Part shown: positions 53,589-62,933 of the stretch, piece by piece
Numbering within the stretch: position 1 is the stretch's first letter
Layout of the letters: the number at the start of each line of letters is the position of its first letter
DNA from: Clostridia bacterium
GTDB lineage: Bacteria; Bacillota; Clostridia; UMGS1883
Assembly: GCA_045651805.1 (NCBI GenBank)
Contig: JAZRTB010000078.1
Span: 2,707-66,706, forward strand
DNA: 64,000 nucleotides
Reading direction: 5' to 3'
Notes under the pieces: model-generated
What the model was told of the DNA's origin: nothing
Database searches by the model: none
Seen by the model: the letters and a program-made list of their open reading frames with translations, nothing else
Translations under genes and position numbers: made by a program

Positions 53589-55994
53589 ATGGAGTACAAT
53601 TTTAAACAGATTGAATCAAAATGGCAGGCATACTGGGAGGAACATGATTCTTTCAAGGCACAGAACAACTCGGAAAAGCCCAAATTCTATGCCCTTGTAG
53701 AATTTCCTTATCCTTCAGGCAGCGGTATGCACGTTGGTCATATCAAGGCTTACAGCGGTCTTGAAGTTGTTTCAAGAAAGAGAAGACTTGAAGGCTACAA
53801 CGTACTTTTCCCCATAGGATTTGACGCTTACGGTCTTCCTACAGAGAATACTGCTATCAAGACAGGTGTTCATCCCCGTCAGGTTACAGATAACAATATC
53901 GTTAAATTCACAAGTCAGCTTAAGAGAGTTGGTTTCTCATTTGACTGGTCAAGAGTTGTTGATACAACTGATGAAGGCTACTATAAGTGGACACAGTGGA
54001 TTTTCCTTAAAATGTTTGAAAACGGACTTGTTTTCCGTGATACAACTCTTGTAAACTACTGTCCCAGCTGTAAGGTTGTTCTTTCAAATGAAGACTCACA
54101 GGGCGGTAAGTGTGATATCTGCCACAGCGATATCGTACAGAAGACAAAAGAGGTTTGGTATCTTCGTATCACAGAATACGCAGATAAGCTTCTTCAGGGT
54201 CTTGAAGAGGTTGACTACCTTCCCAATATCAAGCTTCAGCAGAATAACTGGATTGGTAAGAGTGAGGGTGCTTTCGTTGACTTCTCAATCAAGGAAAACG
54301 ACGAAAAGCTTCGCGTTTATACAACACGTCCCGATACTCTTTACGGCGTAACATTTATGGTTATTGCCCCCGAGCATCCCATTATTGAAAAATATCAGGA
54401 CTCTATCGCAAACTTTGACGAGCTTGAAGCTTACAAAAAGGAATGTGCGAAGAAGAGCGAGTTTGAGCGTACACAGCTTGTTAAGGACAAGACAGGCGTT
54501 AAAATTGATGGTCTTACAGCTATCAATCCCATTACAGAAAAGGAAATCCCGATTTACATTTCAGACTATGTAATGATGGGTTACGGTACAGGCGCAATTA
54601 TGGCTGTACCTGCACACGATACACGTGACTACGACTTCGCAAAGAAGTTCGGTATTGATATTATAGAAGTAATCAAGGGTGGCGATATCGCAGTTGAAGC
54701 ATATACAGGCGATGGTGAAATGGTTAATTCAGGCGTTCTTGACGGCATCAAGACAAAGCAGGAAGCTATTGCAAAGATGCTCGGCGTTCTCGCTGAAAAA
54801 GGGTGCGGTGAAAAGGGCGTTCAGTACAAAATGAAGGACTGGGCATTCAACCGTCAGCGTTACTGGGGCGAACCTATTCCGATTGTTCACTGTCCCAAGT
54901 GTGGTATGGTTGCAGTTCCTTATGAGGAGCTTCCCTTAAGACTTCCTCCCGTGGATAACTTTGAACCCGGTTCAGACGGCGAAAGTCCTCTCGCAAAGAT
55001 TGAATCTTTCGTTAACTGCACATGTCCCAAGTGTGGCGGTGCGGCAAAGAGAGAAACAGATACTATGCCTCAGTGGGCAGGTTCATCATGGTACTTCCTC
55101 CGTTACTGCGATCCCCAGAATGATAAAGAATTTGCTTCGCAGGAAGCACTCAAATATTGGATGAACGTTGACTGGTACAACGGCGGTATGGAACACGTTA
55201 CACGTCATATGATTTACTCACGTTTCTGGCACAAGTTCCTTTATGATCTCGGTCTTGTTCCCACAAGCGAGCCTTATGCGAAGAGAACTGCACAGGGACT
55301 TATCCTCGGACCCGATGGTGAAAAGATGAGTAAGAGTAAGGGTAACGTTGTTGACCCCAACGATGTTGTTGACGTATACGGTGCAGACGTACTCCGTGCT
55401 TATGTGCTCTTTATGGGTGACTATGAACAGGCCGCTCCCTGGAATGAAAGCAGTATGAAGGGTTGTAAGAGATTCCTTGACAGAGTTTGGGAACTTCATA
55501 CAAAGCTTGTTGACGGGGAAGAGTACAGAGATGCTCTTATGAGCAGTATGCACAAGGCTATCAAGAAGGTTTCAAGTGATATTGAAAATATGAAGTTCAA
55601 TACAGCACTTGCTGCACTTATGACACTTGTAAACAAGATTTACGAGGTTGGCAGTGTAAACAAGGCAGAGTATAAGACACTTCTTACTCTTCTTAATCCC
55701 TTTGCTCCTCATATGACAGAGGAACTTTACTCCGAGCTCTTCGGCGAAATCCTTTCAGAAGGAAGCTGGGTAGAGTATGACGAAGCAAAGACAATCGATA
55801 ACGAAATTGAGATTGTTGTTCAGCTTAACGGCAGAGTAAAGGCAAAGATGATGGTGGATGCAAACATCAGCCGTGAAGATATGGAAAAAGCGGCTATGGA
55901 TAATGATGAAGTTAAGGCACTTATCGACGGAATGCAGGTTGTTAAGGTAATTGCAGTTCCCGGTAAGCTTGTAAATATTGTTGTGAAGGGATGA
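53589..55994 (+). CDS. leuS: Leucine--tRNA ligase
   Basis: MEYNFKQIESKWQAYWEE, PYPSGSGMHVGH (HIGH) and KMSKSKGN (KMSKS). ATG 53589 lies 10 nt after AAAGGA (the listed ORF starts at TTG 53580). Confidence 0.95.
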   Translation: MEYNFKQIESKWQAYWEEHDSFKAQNNSEKPKFYALVEFPYPSGSGMHVGHIKAYSGLEVVSRKRRLEGYNVLFPIGFDAYGLPTENTAIKTGVHPRQVTDNNIVKFTSQLKRVGFSFDWSRVVDTTDEGYYKWTQWIFLKMFENGLVFRDTTLVNYCPSCKVVLSNEDSQGGKCDICHSDIVQKTKEVWYLRITEYADKLLQGLEEVDYLPNIKLQQNNWIGKSEGAFVDFSIKENDEKLRVYTTRPDTLYGVTFMVIAPEHPIIEKYQDSIANFDELEAYKKECAKKSEFERTQLVKDKTGVKIDGLTAINPITEKEIPIYISDYVMMGYGTGAIMAVPAHDTRDYDFAKKFGIDIIEVIKGGDIAVEAYTGDGEMVNSGVLDGIKTKQEAIAKMLGVLAEKGCGEKGVQYKMKDWAFNRQRYWGEPIPIVHCPKCGMVAVPYEELPLRLPPVDNFEPGSDGESPLAKIESFVNCTCPKCGGAAKRETDTMPQWAGSSWYFLRYCDPQNDKEFASQEALKYWMNVDWYNGGMEHVTRHMIYSRFWHKFLYDLGLVPTSEPYAKRTAQGLILGPDGEKMSKSKGNVVDPNDVVDVYGADVLRAYVLFMGDYEQAAPWNESSMKGCKRFLDRVWELHTKLVDGEEYRDALMSSMHKAIKKVSSDIENMKFNTALAALMTLVNKIYEVGSVNKAEYKTLLTLLNPFAPHMTEELYSELFGEILSEGSWVEYDEAKTIDNEIEIVVQLNGRVKAKMMVDANISREDMEKAAMDNDEVKALIDGMQVVKVIAVPGKLVNIVVKG

Positions 55995-55998
55995 GACT

Positions 55999-57495
55999 AT
56001 GAATTACAAAAGCACACGTGACAATTCTATAAGTGTTACAAGTTCCGAAGCTATTGCAAAGGGACTTTCAAGTGAAGGTGGTCTTTTCATTCCTGAAAAT
56101 ATTCCTTCGATTTCTATGGCGAATATCGGTTATATGGCAGATATGACATACGTTGAAAGAGCGAGAGAAATCCTCGGCAGATTTCTTACTGATTTCACTC
56201 CTGATGAGCTTGACCACTGTATAACAAGTGCATATACAAAGGAAAAGTTTGAAACAAATTCAATCGCTCCCGTGTATAAACTTAACGGCAATCAGTATAT
56301 ACTTGAATTGTGGCACGGTCCTACATGTGCATTTAAGGATATGGCTCTTCAGATTCTTCCTCACCTTCTTACAACTTCTGTTAAAAAGGTGGGACTCCGT
56401 CAGGAAACAGTTATTCTTGTTGCTACAAGTGGTGACACAGGTAAGGCTGCTCTTGAAGGCTTCCGTGATGTAGAAGGTACAAAGATTATTGTGTTCTTCC
56501 CGGATGACGGCGTAAGCAGTATTCAGCGTCTCCAGATGTGTACACAGGAAGGTAAGAATGTATTTGTAAGTGCAGTTAACGGTAACTTTGACGATGCACA
56601 GAACGGTGTTAAGGCTATCTTTACAGATAAGGATTATGAGAAAGAACTTCTCGGAAGAGGCAAGGCGTTGAGCTCTGCCAATTCCATTAACTGGGGCAGA
56701 CTTGTTCCGCAGATTGTATATTATTTCTCTGCATACTGCGATATGGTAAAAGCAGGTGAAGTAAAGTGCGGCGATGAAGTTAATATCTGTGTTCCCACAG
56801 GTAATTTCGGTAATATTCTTGCGGCATACTATGCTAAATGTATGGGACTTCCCGTTAAGAAGCTTATCTGTGCTTCAAACAAGAATAATGTACTGACGGA
56901 TTTTATTGAAACAGGTGTTTATGACAGAAACCGTGATTTCTATACAACAACATCTCCCTCAATGGATATCCTCATTTCTTCAAACCTTGAAAGACTTCTC
57001 TACATCGTATCAGACGGTGATGCGGCTCTTGTAGAAAAGTATATGACAGAACTTAAGGAAAGCGGAAAATATACAGTTAATGATGATGTTAAGGCGAAAA
57101 TTTCCGATAACTTCTTCGGCGGATTTGCAGACGATGATAAGTGTGCGGAAACTATCAAGGCAACTTATGACAAGTTCGGCTATGTAACAGATACTCATAC
57201 TGCAGTTGCGGTAAGTGTTCATAATGATTATGTTCAGAAGACGGGCGATGATACAAAGACAATTATCGCGTCAACAGCAAGTCCCTTTAAGTTTAACGGT
57301 GCCGTTCTCGGTGCTCTTGCAGGCGGCAATGAACTTAATGACCTTGATGAATTCAGACTTCTTGACAAACTTTCAAAGGATTACGAGCTTAAGATTCCCG
57401 CATCTCTTGCGGCTCTTGAGGAAAAGGAAGTAAGATTTGAAGTTGTTTGTGACAAGAATCAGATGAAAGCAGTTATCAACGAGTTTCTTAACTGA
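55999..57495 (+). CDS. thrC: Threonine synthase (long form)
   Basis: MNYKSTRDNS..., PLP-lysine context GPTCAFKDMALQ, and SGDTGKAA. Confidence 0.9.
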   Translation: MNYKSTRDNSISVTSSEAIAKGLSSEGGLFIPENIPSISMANIGYMADMTYVERAREILGRFLTDFTPDELDHCITSAYTKEKFETNSIAPVYKLNGNQYILELWHGPTCAFKDMALQILPHLLTTSVKKVGLRQETVILVATSGDTGKAALEGFRDVEGTKIIVFFPDDGVSSIQRLQMCTQEGKNVFVSAVNGNFDDAQNGVKAIFTDKDYEKELLGRGKALSSANSINWGRLVPQIVYYFSAYCDMVKAGEVKCGDEVNICVPTGNFGNILAAYYAKCMGLPVKKLICASNKNNVLTDFIETGVYDRNRDFYTTTSPSMDILISSNLERLLYIVSDGDAALVEKYMTELKESGKYTVNDDVKAKISDNFFGGFADDDKCAETIKATYDKFGYVTDTHTAVAVSVHNDYVQKTGDDTKTIIASTASPFKFNGAVLGALAGGNELNDLDEFRLLDKLSKDYELKIPASLAALEEKEVRFEVVCDKNQMKAVINEFLN

Positions 57496-57517
57496 TATAA
57501 TTATTTTGACTATGTAA

Positions 57518-57644
57518 AAGAGGCTGATGCATAAACTTCGGTCCTATGACCATGCATAACCCATTTAAAAGTTGCGGTAAAAACCGCCACAGAGCGAGCT
57601 GTGTCCCTGAAATGGTAATTATGCTTTTTATGCAACAGCCTCTT
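57518..57644. other. ~127-nt multi-stem structured element between convergent genes (complex terminator or unassigned structured RNA)
   Basis: Outer stem AAGAGGCTG (57518..57526) / CAGCCTCTT (57636..57644). Nested stems TGCATAA/TTATGCA, GCATAA-CCATTT/AAATGG-TTATGC, and internal hairpins GGTC/GACC, GCGG/CCGC and CACAG/CTGTG. Confidence 0.45.
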
Positions 57645-57678
57645 TCGGCGTAATGCCGGGTATTTTAATTAAATACCG

Positions 57679-57873
57679 TTAGTTACAACAATCTTTTTTA
57701 GAAAAAGTTTCGCAACCTGTTTCGTTTACTGCGTTTGCATCGTGACCGCCAACCATAATGCTGTTTGCGTGGCATTCGTTAGCAGGTGTGTGATGAATAC
57801 AGTTTTTAACAGTGCACTTTACGCCGCCGAGGGGCTTGTCCTGATTCATGTTAGACAAATTAATCACTCCCAT
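57679..57873 (-). CDS. DUF1540-like small Cys/His-rich protein
   Basis: 64 aa. VKCTVKNCIHHT...CHANSIMVGG..A......TGCETF pattern as in Firmicute DUF1540 proteins. Confidence 0.55.
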   Translation of the reverse strand: MGVINLSNMNQDKPLGGVKCTVKNCIHHTPANECHANSIMVGGHDANAVNETGCETFSKKDCCN

Positions 57874-57941
57874 AAATTATCGTAAGCTCTGGCTTACACA
57901 GATATTCTGTGCGGATTGAAATTTAATATTCGGAGAAAATT

Positions 57942-58613
57942 ATGGCAATTTTTGCATTGAGTGATCTCCATCTTCCTTTGGGAATTGATAAGCCTATGGA
58001 TATTTTCGGGGCGAGATGGAAAGATTATGTGGAAAAAATTGAATATGAGTGGAAAAATAAAGTTTCCGAAGAAGATTATGTCATTATAAACGGTGATTTC
58101 AGCTGGGCGACGTATCTTGATGAAGCACTTCGTGATTTTAAGTTTATAGAGGCGCTTCCCGGAAAAAAGCTTCTTTCTAAAGGAAACCATGATTATTGGT
58201 GGGAAACTCTTACGAAGATGAATGCTTTTCTTGAAAAAAACGAGATAAAAAGCGTAAGCTTTATGCATAATACAGCAATCCTTTGCGGAGATGTTGCAGT
58301 ATGTGGGGCGAAGGGATGGATAACTCCCGATGACAAGTCGTTTAAGAAAGAGGATGAGAAGTTTTACAGACGTGAGCTTATAAGGATTGAAAACTCCCTT
58401 AAGGCTGCGTGTGAACTTTCGGATACGGTTATTGCGGCACTTCATTATCCGCCCGACGGGGAGTTTATGAAAATCATTGAAAAGTATGGCGCGTACAAGT
58501 GCGTGTTTGGTCATTTGCATGGAAAACGTGCGGAAGATTACAAAATATTATACAAAAACAGTATACTTGTATCGGCTGATTTTTTGCGATTTTCACCAAT
58601 TCGTATAATTTAA
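57942..58613 (+). CDS. Calcineurin-like metallophosphoesterase
   Basis: AIFALSDLHL, INGDFSWA, GNHDYWW and GHLHG metal-binding motifs. Confidence 0.8.
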   Translation: MAIFALSDLHLPLGIDKPMDIFGARWKDYVEKIEYEWKNKVSEEDYVIINGDFSWATYLDEALRDFKFIEALPGKKLLSKGNHDYWWETLTKMNAFLEKNEIKSVSFMHNTAILCGDVAVCGAKGWITPDDKSFKKEDEKFYRRELIRIENSLKAACELSDTVIAALHYPPDGEFMKIIEKYGAYKCVFGHLHGKRAEDYKILYKNSILVSADFLRFSPIRII

Positions 58614-58733
58614 TGGGAAATATTGAAAAAACACTTGCAAAATGAATAAAAATGTGATATAAATATGATTTGATGCAGGCTTTATGTTATACAGTATTAT
58701 TACTGAAGAGCCTTAACAATAGGAGGAACTATC

Positions 58734-60227
58734 ATGAAGGTATTGAAAGTTGAACAGCGCGAAGACAAGAGAATGTATCTTGAAATTGAAATTGACAGCG
58801 CTAAATTCGAAGAAGCTATGGAAAAAAGCTACAAGAAGAATGTTAAGATGATTAACATCCCCGGCTTCAGAAAGGGTCGTGCACCCAGAAAAATTATTGA
58901 AAAATACTACACAGAGGCAGTTTTCTATGATGATGCTATAAACTTTGCAGTTCCCGAAGCATATGATATGGCTGTAGAGGAAACAAAGATTGAGCCCGTT
59001 GAAATGCCCGAGATTGATATTGTAAAGCTTGAAAGCGGTGAAAACTTTGTTTTCAGTGCGCTTGTAACAGTTAAGCCTGAAGTTACTCTTGGTGAATATA
59101 AGGGTATAAAGGCTGAAAAAACTGTCAATGATGTAACAGATGAAGAAGTTGACGCTGAAATCAAGAAGATGCAGGAAAATGCTGCAAGCGTTGAAACTGT
59201 TACTGAAGGCGAAATCGCTATGGGTGACAAGGTTGACCTTGACTTCGAAGGTTTTGTTGACGATGCCCCGTTTGATGGAGGTAAGGGCGAACACTATAGC
59301 CTTGTTCTCGGTTCAAACAGCTTCATCCCCGGTTTCGAAGAGCAGATTGCAGGTAAGACAATCGGCGAAGATTTTGATGTAAATGTAACATTCCCCGAAG
59401 AGTATCATTCAGAAGATCTTAAGGGTAAGGCTGCAATTTTCAAGTGTAAGGTTCACTCTGTAGAGAAGAAGAACCTTCCCGAGCTTGATGACGAATTTGC
59501 AAAAGATGTAAGCGAATTCGATACACTCGCAGAGCTTCGTGAAGATGCAAAGAAGAAGCTTCAGGAAAGAAATGAAGGAATGGCACAGCGTCAGTTTGAG
59601 GATGCAGTTATCGATACAGCTATCGAAAATGCAACTGTTGAAGTTCCCCAGTGTATGATTGACAGCCAGATTGAAAATCAGATTAAGGATATTTCTTACC
59701 GTCTCCAGAGCCAGGGTATGGGTCTTGAACAGTACCTTCAGTTTACAGGTATGACAATGGAAGCTCTTCGTGATCAGCTTAAGGAATCAGCTGAAAAGAC
59801 AGTTAAGGGTCAGCTTGTTCTCGCTGCAATTGCAGATGCAGAAAAGGTTGAGGTAACTGACGAGGACGTTGAAGCTGAATTTAAGAAGATGGCTGATATG
59901 TACGGTATGGAAGTTGAGAAGGTTAAGGAACTTATGGGCGCAAACATTGACGCTCTTAAGGTTGACCTTAAGTCACAGAAGACTGTAAAAGTTATCGTTG
60001 ATGCTGCAAAGGCAGGTAAGCCCGCGGCAAAGAAGGCTGCTGCAAAGAAGGAAGATGCTGAAGAAAAGCCTGCAGCAAAGAAGACAACAACAAAGAAGAC
60101 AACAACTTCTGCAACAAAGAAGACAACAACAAAGAAGGCTGCAGAGGGTGAAGAAAAACCCGCAGCAAAGAAGACAACTGCGAAGAAGACAACAACAAAG
60201 AAAGCAGCTGAAAAAGACGCTGAATAA
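58734..60227 (+). CDS. tig: Trigger factor with a ~70-aa Lys/Ala/Thr-rich C-terminal tail
   Basis: N-terminal ribosome-binding GFRKGRAP motif, a central FKBP-type PPIase region (DFEGFVDDAPFDGGKG), and a C-terminal chaperone arm. Extra tail KPAAKKAAAKK...TTTKKTTT. Confidence 0.9.
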   Translation: MKVLKVEQREDKRMYLEIEIDSAKFEEAMEKSYKKNVKMINIPGFRKGRAPRKIIEKYYTEAVFYDDAINFAVPEAYDMAVEETKIEPVEMPEIDIVKLESGENFVFSALVTVKPEVTLGEYKGIKAEKTVNDVTDEEVDAEIKKMQENAASVETVTEGEIAMGDKVDLDFEGFVDDAPFDGGKGEHYSLVLGSNSFIPGFEEQIAGKTIGEDFDVNVTFPEEYHSEDLKGKAAIFKCKVHSVEKKNLPELDDEFAKDVSEFDTLAELREDAKKKLQERNEGMAQRQFEDAVIDTAIENATVEVPQCMIDSQIENQIKDISYRLQSQGMGLEQYLQFTGMTMEALRDQLKESAEKTVKGQLVLAAIADAEKVEVTDEDVEAEFKKMADMYGMEVEKVKELMGANIDALKVDLKSQKTVKVIVDAAKAGKPAAKKAAAKKEDAEEKPAAKKTTTKKTTTSATKKTTTKKAAEGEEKPAAKKTTAKKTTTKKAAEKDAE

Positions 60228-60276
60228 TCTTTGAATGTACAAAAGATTTCATAAAAATTAAAGAGGAGGATGTAAT

Positions 60277-60858
60277 ATGAGCTTGGTACCATACGTAGTT
60301 GAACAGACAGGTCAGGGAGAAAGATCCTATGATATTTTTTCAAGACTGCTTAAGGACAGAATAATATTCTTCGGCGACGAAGTAAACGATCAGACAGCAA
60401 GTATAATTGTCGCACAGATGCTTTTCCTTGAAAGCGAAGATCCCGACAAAGACATTATGCTTTACATCAATAGCCCCGGCGGCAGTATTACTGCAGGTAT
60501 GGCTATTTATGACACAATGAATTATATCAAGTGTGACGTATCTACAATCTGTGTAGGTATGGCTGCAAGCATGGGTGCATTTCTCCTTAGTGCAGGTGCT
60601 AAAGGAAAGAGATTTGCTCTTCCCAATAGTGAGATAATGATTCATCAGCCTCTCGGCGGAATGCAGGGTCAGGCAACCGATATCAAGATTCATGCGGACA
60701 GAATTATCCGTATGAAAGAAAAACTCAACACTATTTTAAGTGAAAACACAGGTCGTTCTCTTGAAGAAATCGCCCGTGATACAGAGCGTGACAACTTTAT
60801 GTCCGCACAGCAGGCACTTGATTACGGTTTGATTGATAAAATTATTACTGCAAGATAA
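60277..60858 (+). CDS. clpP: ATP-dependent Clp protease proteolytic subunit
   Basis: [17 protein letters not shown]..., catalytic [10 protein letters not shown] (Ser) and IHQPLGG (His). Confidence 0.95.
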   Translation: MSLVPYVVEQTGQGERSYDIFSRLLKDRIIFFGDEVNDQTASIIVAQMLFLESEDPDKDIMLYINSPGGSITAGMAIYDTMNYIKCDVSTICVGMAASMGAFLLSAGAKGKRFALPNSEIMIHQPLGGMQGQATDIKIHADRIIRMKEKLNTILSENTGRSLEEIARDTERDNFMSAQQALDYGLIDKIITAR

Positions 60859-60867
60859 AATATAAAA

Positions 60868-60895
60868 CAAAAGGCTGCGGAGACGTAGCCTTTTG
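60868..60895 (+). terminator. Hairpin (partial terminator/attenuator) between clpP and clpX
   Basis: AAAAGGCTGCG / CGTAGCCTTTT stem (one G-U pair), loop GAGA, then TTTTGT. Confidence 0.5.
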
Positions 60896-60920
60896 TACTG
60901 TAGGACATTTTCTGAAAGGA

Positions 60921-62192
60921 TTGATATATTTGCCTAAAAATGAAGAAACACAGCTCAGATGTTCTTTTTGCGGAAAAACCCAGGATGAAGTAAACAGACT
61001 TATTGCAGGTCCCGGCGTTTATATCTGCGATGAATGTATAGAAGTTTGCTTTGAAATACTTGACAGCGACTATAATGAGTTTGATTCTAAAGAAGAAACA
61101 CCGGGCGTTGACCTTGATAAAACTCCTGCACCCAAAGAAATCAAGGCGGTTCTTGATGATTATGTAATCGGTCAGGATAAAGCAAAAAAGAGTCTTGCTG
61201 TTGCCGTTTATAATCACTATAAGCGTATAAATTCCAAGGTGGATACTGATGGTGTAGAACTTCAGAAGAGTAACATTCTTATGATCGGACCTACAGGTAG
61301 CGGTAAAACCCTTCTTGCACAGACGCTTGCAAAGGTGCTTCAGGTACCTTTTGCTATTGCCGATGCCACAAGTCTTACGGAAGCCGGATATGTGGGTGAA
61401 GACGTTGAAAACATTCTTCTGAAGCTTATTCAGGCGGCTGATTATGATATCAAAAAGGCTGAACGCGGTATTATTTATATTGATGAAATTGATAAGATTA
61501 CCAAGAAAAGCGAGAATGTGTCAATCACCCGTGATGTAAGCGGTGAAGGTGTGCAACAGGCACTTCTTAAAATTCTTGAAGGTACGGTTGCATCTGTTCC
61601 TCCGCAGGGTGGAAGAAAGCATCCTCATCAGGAATTTTTCCAGATTGATACTACAAATATCCTCTTTATCTGTGGCGGTGCGTTTTCCGGTCTTGATAAG
61701 ATTATTGAAAAACGTATCGGCAAGCAGGGAATGGGCTTCGGTTCCGAGGTAAAGAGTAAAACAAAGCGTGATGTTGGTGAAACCTTTAAGAAGGTGGAGC
61801 CGCAGGACCTTCTGAAGTTTGGTCTTATTCCCGAAATCATCGGTCGTGTTCCCGTTGTTGTAACACTTGACTCACTTGATGAAGAAGCACTCAAAATGAT
61901 TCTTACCGAGCCTAAAAATGCTCTTATAAAGCAGTACAAGAAGCTTTTTGAGATGGACGGTGTAGAACTTGAAATTACAGACGATGCACTTTCATTTATT
62001 GCAAAGAAAGCCATTGAACGAGATACCGGTGCGAGAGGTCTCCGTGCAATTGTTGAAGGCACTTTGTCAGATGCAATGTACGAAATTCCGTCGGATGAAA
62101 CTATAAAAAAAGCCGTATTCTCTAAGGCTACTTTCGAGGGAGAGGCACCTAAACTTATGAGAAAAAAGAAAAAGGAAGAAGAAACGGCATAA
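60921..62192 (+). CDS. clpX: ATP-dependent Clp protease ATP-binding subunit ClpX
   Basis: Zinc-finger CSFCGK...CDEC, Walker A GPTGSGKT, Walker [10 protein letters not shown]. Non-ATG start (TTG 60921 or TTG 60930). Confidence 0.95.
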   Translation: MIYLPKNEETQLRCSFCGKTQDEVNRLIAGPGVYICDECIEVCFEILDSDYNEFDSKEETPGVDLDKTPAPKEIKAVLDDYVIGQDKAKKSLAVAVYNHYKRINSKVDTDGVELQKSNILMIGPTGSGKTLLAQTLAKVLQVPFAIADATSLTEAGYVGEDVENILLKLIQAADYDIKKAERGIIYIDEIDKITKKSENVSITRDVSGEGVQQALLKILEGTVASVPPQGGRKHPHQEFFQIDTTNILFICGGAFSGLDKIIEKRIGKQGMGFGSEVKSKTKRDVGETFKKVEPQDLLKFGLIPEIIGRVPVVVTLDSLDEEALKMILTEPKNALIKQYKKLFEMDGVELEITDDALSFIAKKAIERDTGARGLRAIVEGTLSDAMYEIPSDETIKKAVFSKATFEGEAPKLMRKKKKEEETA

Positions 62193-62284
62193 ATAACCGC
62201 AGTAAAAAAGAGGAGGTAAGAACGAGCTTTTACCTCCTCTTTTTCGAGAAAGAATGAAAAATATCTGAATGATTAAAGATAAGG

Positions 62285-62821
62285 ATGAGCGAAATGGTGG
62301 AAAAACTTAATGTATCAGATTTTGACGGAATGTTTTCCATAATGGAAAAAAGCTTTCCCGAAGATGAACGCAGACCGTATAGTGAACAGAAAGAACTTTT
62401 AAAAAATGAATATTACAATGTTTATGTTGAAAAGGAAAACGGTAGTGTAATAGGTTTTATTTCGGTGTGGGGTTTTCCTGAATTTCTCTATATAGAGCAT
62501 TTTGCAGTGGCTCCGGATTACCGCAACAGAGGAATAGGAGAGAAACTCGTTAACTATGTATCTTCTCTTTATGACAAGACAATCTGCCTTGAGGTGGAGC
62601 CGCCGGAGGATGAATTTGCGAAGAGAAGAATCGGTTTTTATGAAAGAAACGGATTTTTCCTGAACGAGTATCCTTATATGCAACCTCCCATTTCAAAAGG
62701 GAAGAATCCCATACCTCTTATGATTATGTCAAAAAACGACAGGTTATGTAAAGAGAAGTTTACAGAAGTGAAAAGTGTATTGTATACTAAAGTTTACAAA
62801 TGTGAAATAAGTGCCTATTGA
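62285..62821 (+). CDS. GNAT-family N-acetyltransferase
   Basis: HFAVAPDYRNRGIGEKL (acetyl-CoA binding motif A) and FYERNGF. Confidence 0.75.
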   Translation: MSEMVEKLNVSDFDGMFSIMEKSFPEDERRPYSEQKELLKNEYYNVYVEKENGSVIGFISVWGFPEFLYIEHFAVAPDYRNRGIGEKLVNYVSSLYDKTICLEVEPPEDEFAKRRIGFYERNGFFLNEYPYMQPPISKGKNPIPLMIMSKNDRLCKEKFTEVKSVLYTKVYKCEISAY

Positions 62822-62933
62822 GTAAAAAAAGATTGGCAAAAATCACATAAAAATTCATTTATTTCGTTGATTTTGGAATGAATGTATGATATACTATATA
62901 TGTTTGTGTATGCAAACATGGAGGGTAAACTAT

